Positions 9,255 through 19,349 of a DNA stretch of 64,000 bases are shown piece by piece. A program made the position numbers and the translations under genes. A model generated the notes under the pieces. That model was not told where the DNA came from. It saw only the letters and a list, made by a program, of their open reading frames with translations, and searched no databases. The stretch lies in the NCBI GenBank assembly GCA_040377305.1, contig JBEIPA010000023.1:13584-77583 (forward strand), in the 5' to 3' direction. The DNA comes from Flavobacteriales bacterium (lineage in GTDB: Bacteria; Bacteroidota; Bacteroidia; Palsa-965). Each line of letters starts with the position of its first letter. Position 1 is the stretch's first letter.

Positions 9255-10868
9255 TTAGTTCACGTTGTATTCGAAATCGGCAGTAAGATTGAAATCTAAC
9301 CGATTGGTGGTGAAAATCTTTACGAAATTCGGATTCGTTGAAGCACCCGTGTCGAAACGTGCTTTCATGACAATGTGATGTGAGTGAAACATCTGACCGG
9401 TCTGCGATTCATTCAACGGAATGGTGAGCAAGGATTGTGTTGCGCCATTCGAGAAATAATATCCGTTCAGGAATGTGAGTGGGGCAGAAGCAACCAATCC
9501 TGGTGATGCAACAACCTGATCGAGTAAGTTATTATTCTCATCAAGGAAGTACAACTCAATGTTTGCCGAGAACGGAAAGCTGTTGCCTATGAACAATTTC
9601 AGATTAGCTTCTTTCACGTCGTGGTGATTGTCCAATCCGAAGTCGACATCCAACGTATCAACGAGTAAAATCTGATCGGCGTAAAAATTCACCGGCATGT
9701 CTACATCGATGTAGGCGTTGATGCCAAACTGCGTGTAGATGAAATCGTTGTTACCGGAAACATTGCCGAGCGGATTTGTCCATAACGAGAAATCGTAGCC
9801 AAGAAAATCGGGCATGACTTCGAACATGTCTACAATATTCGAATTCGCGTTGTTGAAGGTCCAAGAGTAAATTGACGGAATGGAAGGCGGATAACTGAAA
9901 CTATATGCCGCGCGGTTAATGTTCACCGGTTGACCAATTAACGAGTGATTCAGATTTACTGTTTGTGAAGTTGCTGCACGGCGCGACCAGAGATTGTTCA
10001 CTGTAAAACGTGCGTCGATTCCGGCGTAGTTCTCCAACGTGAATGTCATGGTGATTGAATCAAGTCCCAGTGAACCCGATTGCACTTTCGAGAAGAAGTC
10101 AACATACGTTTCTTCCGGACCGATTTCAATTGTTTCACTACCGAAGTAACCGCGAACGTAGGAAGGGCGGATGTCTTCGAAGGTGATATCAACTACTACG
10201 CTGTCCTGATTGTTAACAGGAGTCGAACCAGGCGCGCTGTTGTCTACGCTAATAGAGAATATTGTGACAAGCGTATTCACACGATCACCATTAAGACCAG
10301 TGAAGTCGATTTCATATCCGGTGAGATCAAGTTCAACGTCCATTGTAGAAGGTACAGTATTGCTTGGTGCTGCTGGAACTACATAGCTGATAGTGGCGGG
10401 AACATTGTTAATTGTTGCACTCTGCAAAACGTATGTGACCAACATCGGACACATCATGTCATTCTTGAAGTGAACTTTAGCCCTTCCACGTTCAAGAATA
10501 CCGTATAATAATTGAGCAGATTGCAATTGATACGTAGTCTGTGTCGGTTGATTCGAAATCAGAGTTTGATTCGGACTAAGAGTGCCAGGAATAAATGGCC
10601 ATGCATATGCGTTTCGCAATGTCGTATCCGGAATATTGAACAGCGTATCCGCATTAATTCCCGGAACAGTTGCCCGATAACACACACGCAAGGAACCGTC
10701 GGCACCCTCACAGGTTATCGAATCATCGAGTATATCATTAATCGACAGTGAACCATATGCAATAGGTGCGGTGAGATCAAGATCCCAACTTGGGTCATCC
10801 CGGCGACAGGAAACCACAAAGAGGAGTCCGAGAATACCGGCAAAAAACGCAGATTTCAGCCTTTTCAT
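9255..10868 (-). CDS. Beta-rich lipoprotein of unknown function
   Basis: Lipobox VVSC followed by RRDDPSWD...PIAYGSLSI. Co-transcribed with the barrel gene. Confidence 0.75.
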   Translation of the reverse strand: MKRLKSAFFAGILGLLFVVSCRRDDPSWDLDLTAPIAYGSLSINDILDDSITCEGADGSLRVCYRATVPGINADTLFNIPDTTLRNAYAWPFIPGTLSPNQTLISNQPTQTTYQLQSAQLLYGILERGRAKVHFKNDMMCPMLVTYVLQSATINNVPATISYVVPAAPSNTVPSTMDVELDLTGYEIDFTGLNGDRVNTLVTIFSISVDNSAPGSTPVNNQDSVVVDITFEDIRPSYVRGYFGSETIEIGPEETYVDFFSKVQSGSLGLDSITMTFTLENYAGIDARFTVNNLWSRRAATSQTVNLNHSLIGQPVNINRAAYSFSYPPSIPSIYSWTFNNANSNIVDMFEVMPDFLGYDFSLWTNPLGNVSGNNDFIYTQFGINAYIDVDMPVNFYADQILLVDTLDVDFGLDNHHDVKEANLKLFIGNSFPFSANIELYFLDENNNLLDQVVASPGLVASAPLTFLNGYYFSNGATQSLLTIPLNESQTGQMFHSHHIVMKARFDTGASTNPNFVKIFTTNRLDFNLTADFEYNVN

Positions 10869-10991
10869 ACTGTACGAAGATAATTGAAATACAGGTAGTT
10901 CCTGCGTTATAAGACCCTCATTCTTACTTGTTCATTGAGTTAACGGCAAACCTTTTGCACAGTACTTCGTATATTTGTCCTCGGATTACAA

Positions 10992-11447
10992 ATGAAGAAG
11001 TACGGAAAGAGATTTATGCTAGGTTGGATCTTCTCATCCATCCTTATGTTCGCAGTTTCATACCTGTGGCACGGAATCGTACTCAACGATTTTGAACGCA
11101 TTTCTTACCCGTTCGAAGTTTACCTCATTTCTGCAGGAGTAGTTTATCTCGTGATCGGGTTCCTGATGAGCCGGATTTTCATTGCAGAATTTCTCGATCG
11201 CTATTCTGAAAAGGCGGTGGTTCGGGGACTGTTCACCGGAATCGGTTTGGGTGTAATTGTGTTCATGTCAACACTTGTGTTCGGCGTTTCATTCTCGAGC
11301 ATAGCCGATCCGAAGTTCCTACTAATGGATTTCATCTGGCAAGTTGTTGAGCAAACCGTTGGTGGACTTGTAGTTGGACTGGTGTATTTACTCGTGTTTG
11401 AGTTCATTCCTCAACCGATGGAAGATGAAAGTGGCAATGCGCAATAG
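10992..11447 (+). CDS. Small four-TM membrane protein
   Basis: Four hydrophobic helices, YLWHG motif and TATATTTG promoter at about 10970. Confidence 0.75.
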   Translation: MKKYGKRFMLGWIFSSILMFAVSYLWHGIVLNDFERISYPFEVYLISAGVVYLVIGFLMSRIFIAEFLDRYSEKAVVRGLFTGIGLGVIVFMSTLVFGVSFSSIADPKFLLMDFIWQVVEQTVGGLVVGLVYLLVFEFIPQPMEDESGNAQ

Positions 11448-11540
11448 TCAATGCGCAATACGCACCAACTGTGTCTTCGAAATTATCTTTAGAGTTTACT
11501 AATTGCGTATTGGGCATTGGACATTGACAATTGCGCATTG
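11435..11540. repeat. Inverted cassette of 7-mer tandem repeats (CAATnnn / nnnATTG)
   Basis: CAATGCG CAATAGT CAATGCG CAATACG, then CGTATTG GGCATTG GACATTG ACAATTG CGCATTG. Confidence 0.8.
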
Positions 11541-11541
11541 G

Positions 11542-12825
11542 TCAATACCCGTACTTCTCACTCCAGCACTTTCTCAGGTACATTCTCAGATCATTCTCGC
11601 GCGGATTATTCCCCGGATTATATAATCTATTTCCGCTAACCATATCAGGCATGTATTCCTGTTCGCCGAAGTTCCCTTCGTTACTGTGACTGTAATCGTA
11701 TTCCTTTCCATAGCCGATATCTTTCATCAGTTTAGTAGGAGCATTTCGCAGATGAATCGGAACGGGAAGATCGCCGGTTGACCGAACCAACTCTTCAGCC
11801 GTATTGATGGCCATGTAAGAGGCATTACTCTTTGCTGAAGACGCGAGATAGGTCACACACTGAGAAAGAATAATCCGCGACTCCGGCATCCCGATTGTGT
11901 GCACAGCATTGAATGAAGCCTGCGCCAACAACAAAGCATTCGGATTTGCATTGCCGATGTCTTCACTCGCCAAAATGAGTAATCGGCGTGCTATGAACAA
12001 GGGATCTTCTCCGCCTTCGAGCATTCTCGCCAACCAGTATACACCGGCATTCGGATCACTTCCGCGAATGGATTTGATGAACGCAGAAATGATATCGTAG
12101 TGCTGTTCGCCGCTCTTATCATACAACGCCAGATTCTTCTGAATGACTTTAAGTACAAAATCATTTTTGATGTGATGTTCACCTTCCGGTAGTGCATCGG
12201 CAACAACTTCAAGTGCATTCAAAAGTTTACGCGCATCTCCACCTGATATGCGAAGGAGCGCTTCTGTTTCGTCAATTACCAGATTGCGCGTTTTGAGAAC
12301 CTCATCTTTGGTAATGGCGTCGTTGAGAAGCTGTTCAAGATCTTCCCGTTCAAGTGGTTTCATGATGTACACCTGACTTCTCGAAAGCAAAGCGGGAATG
12401 ACTTCGAAAGATGGATTCTCTGTTGTTGCACCAACCAGCGTTACAATTCCCTTTTCAACCGCACCAAGGAGAGAATCCTGTTGCGACTTGCTGAAACGGT
12501 GAATCTCGTCAATGAACAACACTGGTAGATTAGTTCCGAAGAATGCCTGCGACTTCGCCTTTTCAATTACTTCACGAATGTCTTTCACGCCGGCATTAAT
12601 TGCACTGAGCTGAAAGAACGGTCGCTTGAGGTGAGTCGCAATGATCTGCGCCAGTGTAGTTTTACCCACACCCGGCGGCCCCCAGAATATCATGGAGTGG
12701 ATGTTCCCGTTCAGCACAGACTTTCTCAACACCGCATCTTCTCCAACGAGATGGCGCTGTCCTACGTACGTGTCCAGTGACTTCGGACGCATGCGTTCTG
12801 CAAGAGGAGCATGTTGACTTTCCAT
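11542..12825 (-). CDS. rarA: Replication-associated recombination protein A (MgsA/RarA AAA+ ATPase)
   Basis: [46 protein letters not shown] and ASEDIGNA motifs. Confidence 0.96.
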   Translation of the reverse strand: MESQHAPLAERMRPKSLDTYVGQRHLVGEDAVLRKSVLNGNIHSMIFWGPPGVGKTTLAQIIATHLKRPFFQLSAINAGVKDIREVIEKAKSQAFFGTNLPVLFIDEIHRFSKSQQDSLLGAVEKGIVTLVGATTENPSFEVIPALLSRSQVYIMKPLEREDLEQLLNDAITKDEVLKTRNLVIDETEALLRISGGDARKLLNALEVVADALPEGEHHIKNDFVLKVIQKNLALYDKSGEQHYDIISAFIKSIRGSDPNAGVYWLARMLEGGEDPLFIARRLLILASEDIGNANPNALLLAQASFNAVHTIGMPESRIILSQCVTYLASSAKSNASYMAINTAEELVRSTGDLPVPIHLRNAPTKLMKDIGYGKEYDYSHSNEGNFGEQEYMPDMVSGNRLYNPGNNPRENDLRMYLRKCWSEKYGY

Positions 12826-12980
12826 GGTAACAGTGTTCGGAACTGACTCTACTTAGACAAAGATAAGGTTGGAAGGCGGTGTTAGTATCGTGTTCAATAC
12901 CATTGGAATGATAATTGTATTCTATTTCTCAGATGGGAATCAAAACGCTATTTTTGATAAACTCAACAGCTGACCAAAAA

Positions 12981-13430
12981 ATGAAGAAGTCTGGAAGTAT
13001 CATCCTCGCCGCATGCATGTTTTTCTTTATGTGTTCGTTTGCCCTTGTTGGCGGCGACACTACTGCGCTGGAAGGAAAAGTCTATAAAGTGACAATGACG
13101 CTTAACAAGAAAGGCGGAAAAACGGGTCCTCCGGAATCTGAGGAAATCACGTTTAAAAGCGGAAAATTTCAGTGCAAGCTCATCGACAAAGAAATGGGAG
13201 CGAAATTCATCCCGATTGAATTCAGTGTCGATTCATCATTCGAAGAAAACGGGGAAGAACTTCCTTACGTGGAATTCGAAGGAGAATTCGTGAACAAACT
13301 CGACGAACAGGTAAAAGTTACCGGAACAGTTGACGGATACGGAATTGAAGGAAGCGTAATTCTTTCCAAGAAAGATAAAGAGAAGAAGAATTACAGCTTT
13401 GTGGGATCGTTGAAACAGAAGAAGAAGTAA
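12981..13430 (+). CDS. Exported hypothetical protein
   Basis: ATG at 12981 downstream of TATTTTTG (12949-12956). Signal peptide followed by a beta-rich body. Confidence 0.7.
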   Translation: MKKSGSIILAACMFFFMCSFALVGGDTTALEGKVYKVTMTLNKKGGKTGPPESEEITFKSGKFQCKLIDKEMGAKFIPIEFSVDSSFEENGEELPYVEFEGEFVNKLDEQVKVTGTVDGYGIEGSVILSKKDKEKKNYSFVGSLKQKKK

Positions 13431-13541
13431 TTCGAAAATTTGAAGATTCGAAATTCGAGATAAAAAAGGACCTGATTTACTAGTCAGGTCTTTTCTTTTA
13501 CTACGATCAGGTCAAATTTTCAAATCTTCAAATTTTCGAAT
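13431..13541. repeat. Inverted 8-mer repeat cassette (TTYGAARA) enclosing a bidirectional terminator
   Basis: TTCGAAAA TTTGAAGA TTCGAAA TTCGAGA, central AAAAAGGACCTGA-tttactag-TCAGGTCTTTT, then AAATTTTC AAATCTTC AAATTTTC GAA. Confidence 0.8.
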
Positions 13542-13543
13542 TG

Positions 13544-14266
13544 TTATTGTACCGAATTAATCTTCTCGAGCACCATATCCTTCGGCACTAATCCTTCATT
13601 CCGCCACTGAATCTGCCCGTCTTTGTAAAGAACAAGTGTTGGCATTGCAGCAATGTTCATGAATTCTGCTACCGGACGATCGCGATCGACGTCGACTTTG
13701 ATCAACTTAAACTTCTCCGGAATTTCGGTCTCCAATTCATGCAATGAGGGAGCAAGAATTTTACAAGGTCCGCACCAGGTTGCCGTGAAATCAACGAGCA
13801 CAATTTTATTGTCGGCAATGAACTGTTTGTATTGGTCGAGTGAAACACCATTTTCAAGATCGTTGCTTACTTCAGCCTTCTCAACTGGCTTGCCAGCAGA
13901 TTCCCAGGCGCCATATCCACCATCAAGTTCGTAGACGGCAGTGAAACCGTTCTTCGCAAGATATTCCGCAGCTTCCTGACTACGATTGCCGGATTGGCAA
14001 TACACCAACACAGGTTTTGTCTTATCCAGTGCACCAACGTTGATGGAGAAATCCGAATTCTTCCAATCGATATTTTGTGCACCCTGCATGTGTCCAGCTG
14101 CAAATTCTTCGGGTGTACGAACGTCAAGAATCTGTTCGTTGTTCGAAGCAGTAATCAAAGAGTCGAACTGTGCAACGTTGCTGTCCACGATTCCGGTTTT
14201 CTCATCAGATGCGCATGATGCGAAAAACATTAGCGAAGACACTAAAAGAAATGTCACTTGTTTCAT
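13544..14266 (-). CDS. Rhodanese-thioredoxin fusion lipoprotein
   Basis: Lipobox FASC. Rhodanese motifs LDVRTPEEF, GH, YCQSGNRS and LDGG. Thioredoxin DFTATWCGPC. Confidence 0.9.
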   Translation of the reverse strand: MKQVTFLLVSSLMFFASCASDEKTGIVDSNVAQFDSLITASNNEQILDVRTPEEFAAGHMQGAQNIDWKNSDFSINVGALDKTKPVLVYCQSGNRSQEAAEYLAKNGFTAVYELDGGYGAWESAGKPVEKAEVSNDLENGVSLDQYKQFIADNKIVLVDFTATWCGPCKILAPSLHELETEIPEKFKLIKVDVDRDRPVAEFMNIAAMPTLVLYKDGQIQWRNEGLVPKDMVLEKINSVQ

Positions 14267-14310
14267 ACCCCAAAGTTAACGAAAACACTAATGGTAAGGA
14301 GCAACCCGAT

Positions 14311-14354
14311 TTCAGCATTTGCACATCTTCACATCTGCAAATCTGCACATTCAG
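14311..14354. repeat. Single arm of 8-mer tandem repeats (CAMATCTK)
   Basis: GCATTTG CACATCTT CACATCTG CAAATCTG CACATT, directly after the asnB stop. Confidence 0.6.
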
Positions 14355-14357
14355 CGA

Positions 14358-16352
14358 TTACATCTTAAACACCTTCTTCCACACGGCAAATGCCATGAAC
14401 TTGAAAATTCTGCCATTCTCGGGTTTTCCCTTGATGTCGAAGAAAGAATCGAACTCACGCATTAACTTTTCTTTGCGAATGATTCCGTGAAAATCCTGCT
14501 CGAAGTAGGGACGGAACTGATCTTTCATGTTGGAGATCCACAGATTGTTCGGCGTCACGTATCCCATTTTATCCTTGCGCTTGCGAATTGCATCCGGAAT
14601 AAACGGAGCAGCAGCTTCGCGCAAAATGTATTTCGAAACGCCACCGCGGATTTTCATTGTGCCTGGAATGCTGAACACGTGTTCAATCATTTTATGATCG
14701 TCGGCAAATGGTGTGCGCGACTCCACAGAATGCCACATAGAACTACGATCCTCACATTTGAGATAACCTTTGAGTCGTGTGTTCACGAATTCCCGGTGCA
14801 ACATTTCATTCAAAGTTTGCGGAGAATGAAGTGAAGTATATCCCGATTTGTATTCTGAAATAAGATCCGGTGAGAGGTAAGCTAAATCCGGGAAATACTT
14901 TTTCTGCAGATACATCTGCATGTTCACCGGCAATGAAGGCACAATGTATTGCTTCAATGTTTCCTTGCGATGATGCGTCACAACTTCGCTTCCCCAGGCA
15001 TGCATTTCTGCTTTCCGTCTGAGCGAGTGGCCATTCTTCTTCAGTTCCTTCCAGAACGGAATATAGTAAGGCATGTAACCGGCAAATAGTTCATCGCCAC
15101 CTTGTCCGTCGAGAAGAACACGAACGCCATTATCTGAAGCCAGTTTCATTACGCGATGTTGCGCGTACGTACTCGTGCTCCAGATCGGAACGTCTTGTGA
15201 ATAGATGAGGCTTTCAATATCCTCCATCATTTCTTCCGGACGCGGTGTGACTTTCAACCAGTCGGCTGAAGTTTGATCTGCAACCAGTTTTGCCCAGTGA
15301 CTTTCGTCGAGCGACTTATCATCGAAAGTTGCAGTAAACAGTTTCAGTCGATCGCCAATGTTGATACTCTTATCTTGCTTTACAAGATGCGCCATGATTC
15401 CACTGATGGCAGAACTATCGATACCGCCACTCAGGCATGCACCAACCGGAACATCCGAACGCAAACGGATGCGAATTGCTTCTGTTAGTAACTCACGTAC
15501 TTTGACAATTTCCTTCTCTAAACGATTGCCGGTAAATTCGCCCGGACCGTCATTGAATGTGAGTGTATACCACTGACGTAATTCAATTTTACCTCCGTCG
15601 AGATGAACGAGCAGATTGGTTCCCGGGAAAAGTTCAAGGATGTTTTTGAAAAATCCAGTAGGCTCATATTCGATTTCACCGTCGACAAAATAGTCTGCGA
15701 CAGCGGAATGATTGAGCGATGTATGAACGATCGGACAAACGGCAAGCGCTTTTATTTCAGAAGCAAATGCGAAGTAGTTCTTATCGCGATAATAGTAGAA
15801 TGGTTTTACACCAAAACGATCCCGTGAACAGAACAGCATATTTTCAATGCGGTCCCAAATCACAAAAGCCCACATGCCATTGAAGTGCTCGGTGCACGCT
15901 TGTCCCCATTGCTTGTAAGCGGCGAGAATTACTTCATTGTCCGTTTGCGTACGAAAAGTATGTCCTTTCGCTTCGAGCTCAGCACGTAACTCGATGTAAT
16001 TGTAGATCTCACCATTGTACGTGAGCCACAATTCTCCGTTCGAATAACTCAGCGGCTGATGACCTGTAGGCTCGAGATCAATAATGGCCAGGCGACGATG
16101 TCCAAAAGCAAGTTGCGCATAACTCTGAAACTGTCGCGTAGAAGTATGTGGTGCCCAACTGAGATCAGAATCAATAATTTTTGAAGGCGTGTCGATGGTA
16201 AACATCGGTACAGGCGCATCATGTCCGTTCCACGCGAGTAAGCCTTCACCATCAGGTCCACGGTGACGGATTTTGGAATTCATAAGCACAGTTGCAGGCA
16301 CAACCAAATCGGTTGGACCTTTCAAAGATGCTATGCCGCTGATTCCACACAT
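14358..16352 (-). CDS. asnB: Asparagine synthase (glutamine-hydrolysing) family amidotransferase, probably glycan-modifying
   Basis: MCGI, HRGPDG, GHRRLAIID, NGEIYN, RDRFGVKP, LSGGIDSS and LDGQGGDELF motifs. Located in the polysaccharide cluster. Confidence 0.93.
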   Translation of the reverse strand: MCGISGIASLKGPTDLVVPATVLMNSKIRHRGPDGEGLLAWNGHDAPVPMFTIDTPSKIIDSDLSWAPHTSTRQFQSYAQLAFGHRRLAIIDLEPTGHQPLSYSNGELWLTYNGEIYNYIELRAELEAKGHTFRTQTDNEVILAAYKQWGQACTEHFNGMWAFVIWDRIENMLFCSRDRFGVKPFYYYRDKNYFAFASEIKALAVCPIVHTSLNHSAVADYFVDGEIEYEPTGFFKNILELFPGTNLLVHLDGGKIELRQWYTLTFNDGPGEFTGNRLEKEIVKVRELLTEAIRIRLRSDVPVGACLSGGIDSSAISGIMAHLVKQDKSINIGDRLKLFTATFDDKSLDESHWAKLVADQTSADWLKVTPRPEEMMEDIESLIYSQDVPIWSTSTYAQHRVMKLASDNGVRVLLDGQGGDELFAGYMPYYIPFWKELKKNGHSLRRKAEMHAWGSEVVTHHRKETLKQYIVPSLPVNMQMYLQKKYFPDLAYLSPDLISEYKSGYTSLHSPQTLNEMLHREFVNTRLKGYLKCEDRSSMWHSVESRTPFADDHKMIEHVFSIPGTMKIRGGVSKYILREAAAPFIPDAIRKRKDKMGYVTPNNLWISNMKDQFRPYFEQDFHGIIRKEKLMREFDSFFDIKGKPENGRIFKFMAFAVWKKVFKM

Positions 16353-16354
16353 GG

Positions 16355-17650
16355 TTAATCTGTTGACGTTTTATCGTCTTTTGGTTGCCTGAAGACATTG
16401 AGCAATGCTGTGACATCGCTTTTTCTTGGGATGAGCTCCTTAATTTCTTCCCGGAAATTTCTTCCGGTGAGCATGAACATTGTGAAAATGAAGATAGTCA
16501 ATCCGGTGTAAGCGATGGACGCAGTGATTCCGGCACCAATTACTCCATAAGTTGTAATTATAGTGCTTGCCGTGAGAATGGTAAGAATGAAAGCAAATGA
16601 TCCGCTCATGAAATTCATGTAAGGCTTTCCAATGCCGGTGAAGTAGTGTCCAAAAACTGTTCCGAAGCTCACAGCAATAATTCCCGGTGTGATACTTCTG
16701 AATGAATCGCTTACCCCGCCGAATGAATCTCCCAGCAACCAACTATAAAACGAAGCTGGCATCATGGCGAAGAAAAGTACAGCAGGAATGGTAAGTCCAA
16801 TGCTCAATTTGCTCAGTTGCAATGTGCGTTGACGGGAAATCGATGCAAGCTTTTCGTTGGAAATTCTGGCAGCCAAAACAGATGCAACACTCGCAGCAAA
16901 TAGCAGAATTGCTTCTCCCAGAGAAATTGCAGTCGAGTAAATTCCAACGGAGTGCCGGTCATCGTGCATCTGATCTTCGAGTTTGTAATACCCGAAGCGA
17001 ATGCTAAGCTGGAAGGAAAGATTGGCCAGCTGTGTGAAGATTCCATTGGCAAACATCACCAACAAAACCGGGCGATTGTCGCGGAGCTTTGGAACGTGGG
17101 ACTTGCTGAGCACAAAGTATAATCCAAGTGCTGCACATCCGCCATACGCGATGTATGTTGCATCCATATACGGAACAGCCGCAGAATGATTCAGCAACAA
17201 AATGCTTGCCGCCATTGAACCAAGCATGAGCGCACCTTGTAAATAGAGTAGGAGGTTGTATTGCTTCAATCGCTCCTGACCGAGCAAGATATTCATGCTG
17301 ATTGAGTTGAGCGACAATAGCACAGCAGAAATCAGAACCGGAATGGCATAACCTTCAGGAATTGCGTTGTACCAAACGAGTACGCCCCAGGTAATGCCAG
17401 AGGAAAATAATGTCCATGACCAACCCGTAAGCAACAACGTCCTGAGTTTCGCGCGCGGAGCCATATATACAAGAGCAGGTCCGCCGATAATGTCACTCAC
17501 CAGATGAATGATATTGATTGCAATCTGTATCAGACTGATTTCTCCGCGAACTTCACTTCCGAGCAAATGCGTGGTAAGCAGTAGCGTACAGAAGTACATG
17601 ACCTGCATTGCGAGTCGTGCCGAGAAGTTTACGAAGATGCTTCTGATCAT
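16355..17650 (-). CDS. Wzx-like oligosaccharide flippase
   Basis: About 12 TM segments, VGIYS motif and glycosyltransferase neighbours. Confidence 0.82.
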   Translation of the reverse strand: MIRSIFVNFSARLAMQVMYFCTLLLTTHLLGSEVRGEISLIQIAINIIHLVSDIIGGPALVYMAPRAKLRTLLLTGWSWTLFSSGITWGVLVWYNAIPEGYAIPVLISAVLLSLNSISMNILLGQERLKQYNLLLYLQGALMLGSMAASILLLNHSAAVPYMDATYIAYGGCAALGLYFVLSKSHVPKLRDNRPVLLVMFANGIFTQLANLSFQLSIRFGYYKLEDQMHDDRHSVGIYSTAISLGEAILLFAASVASVLAARISNEKLASISRQRTLQLSKLSIGLTIPAVLFFAMMPASFYSWLLGDSFGGVSDSFRSITPGIIAVSFGTVFGHYFTGIGKPYMNFMSGSFAFILTILTASTIITTYGVIGAGITASIAYTGLTIFIFTMFMLTGRNFREEIKELIPRKSDVTALLNVFRQPKDDKTSTD

Positions 17651-19347
17651 TTACGGGAAATCCTCCTTGCCTTGCGTGAGAATTGCGCCTTGAAATTAGC
17701 AAAATTAAAGCGGAAGGATTTGGCGTCGATGAGGGTTTTGTCACCATAAGCATTAATGGTGTGAATGCCTTTGTTATAGTCCCAATGCTCATTCGCTTCA
17801 ACACGTTTGAAAGGTTTTTCTACAAATGACGTTGGAGTAAGTTCAAGAATTTCATTGAACACAATAGCATTTCCGTACGTAATTGCAGAATCCTGCGCGG
17901 GTCGGATCAGCTTTCCTTTGATGTTGAGAATTGCTCCGGCAGATCGGGAATTGCGAACGTTGGTCTTCACCGGATTCAATGCATGAGGTTGAAACTCTTT
18001 GTCGGGATGTTCTGAATGATAAATGAATAGTGCGGCATTGTTCTGGTCATCTTGACGGTGCGTGAAAATCCACCATCGCTTATTGTGTTCAAGCATTACC
18101 GGATCAACCAATGGTGCATCAACCAACTGCAACGTTTCTCTTACGCCATTCATCAAGAACAAGGAATGTGTGCCTGATGCTGACATTTCCGGACATAAAT
18201 AGTGTTGTCCGTTAATTTCAACCGGTAATGGAAACGAAATATGATAATCACGCGCCAGGATAATTTCTTCGGTCTCTGCATTGACGATGTGGCTCATTTG
18301 CTTCGAGCCGCTGAAATATTCTGCTACAATGGTTGACTTCCCGTTAACCGACATGTTAAACGGATCAGCCAGATAAGAATCGTTTTGCTTAGCACGCATC
18401 CATGTGATGTCCTTCTGAATACCATTGCTGATCACACTTTCAATTGGCTGATCAACAATTCCGATTTGCCAGGTTTCCGGACAAAATAGATTCTTCCAGT
18501 GAAAAGCAAACTTATTGCCAAGCAGCATGCACCCGAACTGAATCATCCGGAAATTGCCGGGATAGGAAAATACTTTCTCCGTTACTGAAACCGGAATAAC
18601 CGGTGGAGCAATCTTTCCATTGTGATGTAGTTCGGTCAACGCATTGGCCATCCAACACGAAGAATTCATTAAAAGTGAATCCAGATTTTCCCGGAAAGAG
18701 TGTTTTACAAGCGACCAGGTTCCTGCGCGCAAGACAATTCCGTTATCAAGTTTCTCCGTGAGCCTTTGAAGGATTGCTCCAGTTGTATTTTCCTTGAGGA
18801 TGTATTCCCAGAAACCTGCGGGACCACCACGGATAACCATCGGATCGGCATGGTGATACGACCACACTCCGTGTTTCGCAACGTTCAGAATTTCTCCGCG
18901 AAGAATATTGAATCCGAACCGAATGATTACATCTGCCTGATGCGCTTTTACTTTTTCAATATCGGTCGCAGAAAAGTACTGGGAGTGTTTTCCTTTCAGC
19001 TCCGGAACAACATCAATGCGTGGAATGCCCTGAAAAATAGCTGAGGTCGAAAGCTCTTTCGTCGCATTTACTTTTCCGTACTTCTTAAACCAGCGGTTCC
19101 AGAAGAGTCTCTTCCAATTATATCTCCGAATTCGTTTCAGTACACTTGATCGTGGTACACTGTCAGACTGAGCGCCTGACCGCCGCGGTGGGGAGTCGAA
19201 GGCGGACAAAGATGAACCATCATGAATCTCCAACACAATCTCCACAAACTCCAACTTCCTCACTGCTTCCAACGCAGCAACTTCCCACGCTTCCAGAGAA
19301 TCGCCACGCGTAAGAACCGCAACACGGATTTTGTTTTCAGCACTCAC
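17647..19347 (-). CDS. Formyltransferase-like N-domain fused to a 5-bladed propeller (GH32/GINT1-like) domain
   Basis: DVIIRFGFNILRGEIL...GVWSYHH...RGGPAGFWE...LQRLTEKLDNG, then YLADPF, HISFP, VDP, HALNPV, RSAG, RPAQD and HT motifs. Confidence 0.8.
   Translation of the reverse strand: MSAENKIRVAVLTRGDSLEAWEVAALEAVRKLEFVEIVLEIHDGSSLSAFDSPPRRSGAQSDSVPRSSVLKRIRRYNWKRLFWNRWFKKYGKVNATKELSTSAIFQGIPRIDVVPELKGKHSQYFSATDIEKVKAHQADVIIRFGFNILRGEILNVAKHGVWSYHHADPMVIRGGPAGFWEYILKENTTGAILQRLTEKLDNGIVLRAGTWSLVKHSFRENLDSLLMNSSCWMANALTELHHNGKIAPPVIPVSVTEKVFSYPGNFRMIQFGCMLLGNKFAFHWKNLFCPETWQIGIVDQPIESVISNGIQKDITWMRAKQNDSYLADPFNMSVNGKSTIVAEYFSGSKQMSHIVNAETEEIILARDYHISFPLPVEINGQHYLCPEMSASGTHSLFLMNGVRETLQLVDAPLVDPVMLEHNKRWWIFTHRQDDQNNAALFIYHSEHPDKEFQPHALNPVKTNVRNSRSAGAILNIKGKLIRPAQDSAITYGNAIVFNEILELTPTSFVEKPFKRVEANEHWDYNKGIHTINAYGDKTLIDAKSFRFNFANFKAQFSRKARRISRK
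19161..19201. repeat. REP-like element with a nested 18-bp palindromic insert, inside a CDS
   Basis: TGTCAGACTGAGCG [CCTGACCGCCGCGGTGGG] GAGTCGAAG. A related sequence is intergenic at 30850-30874. Confidence 0.6.
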
Positions 19348-19349
19348 CG

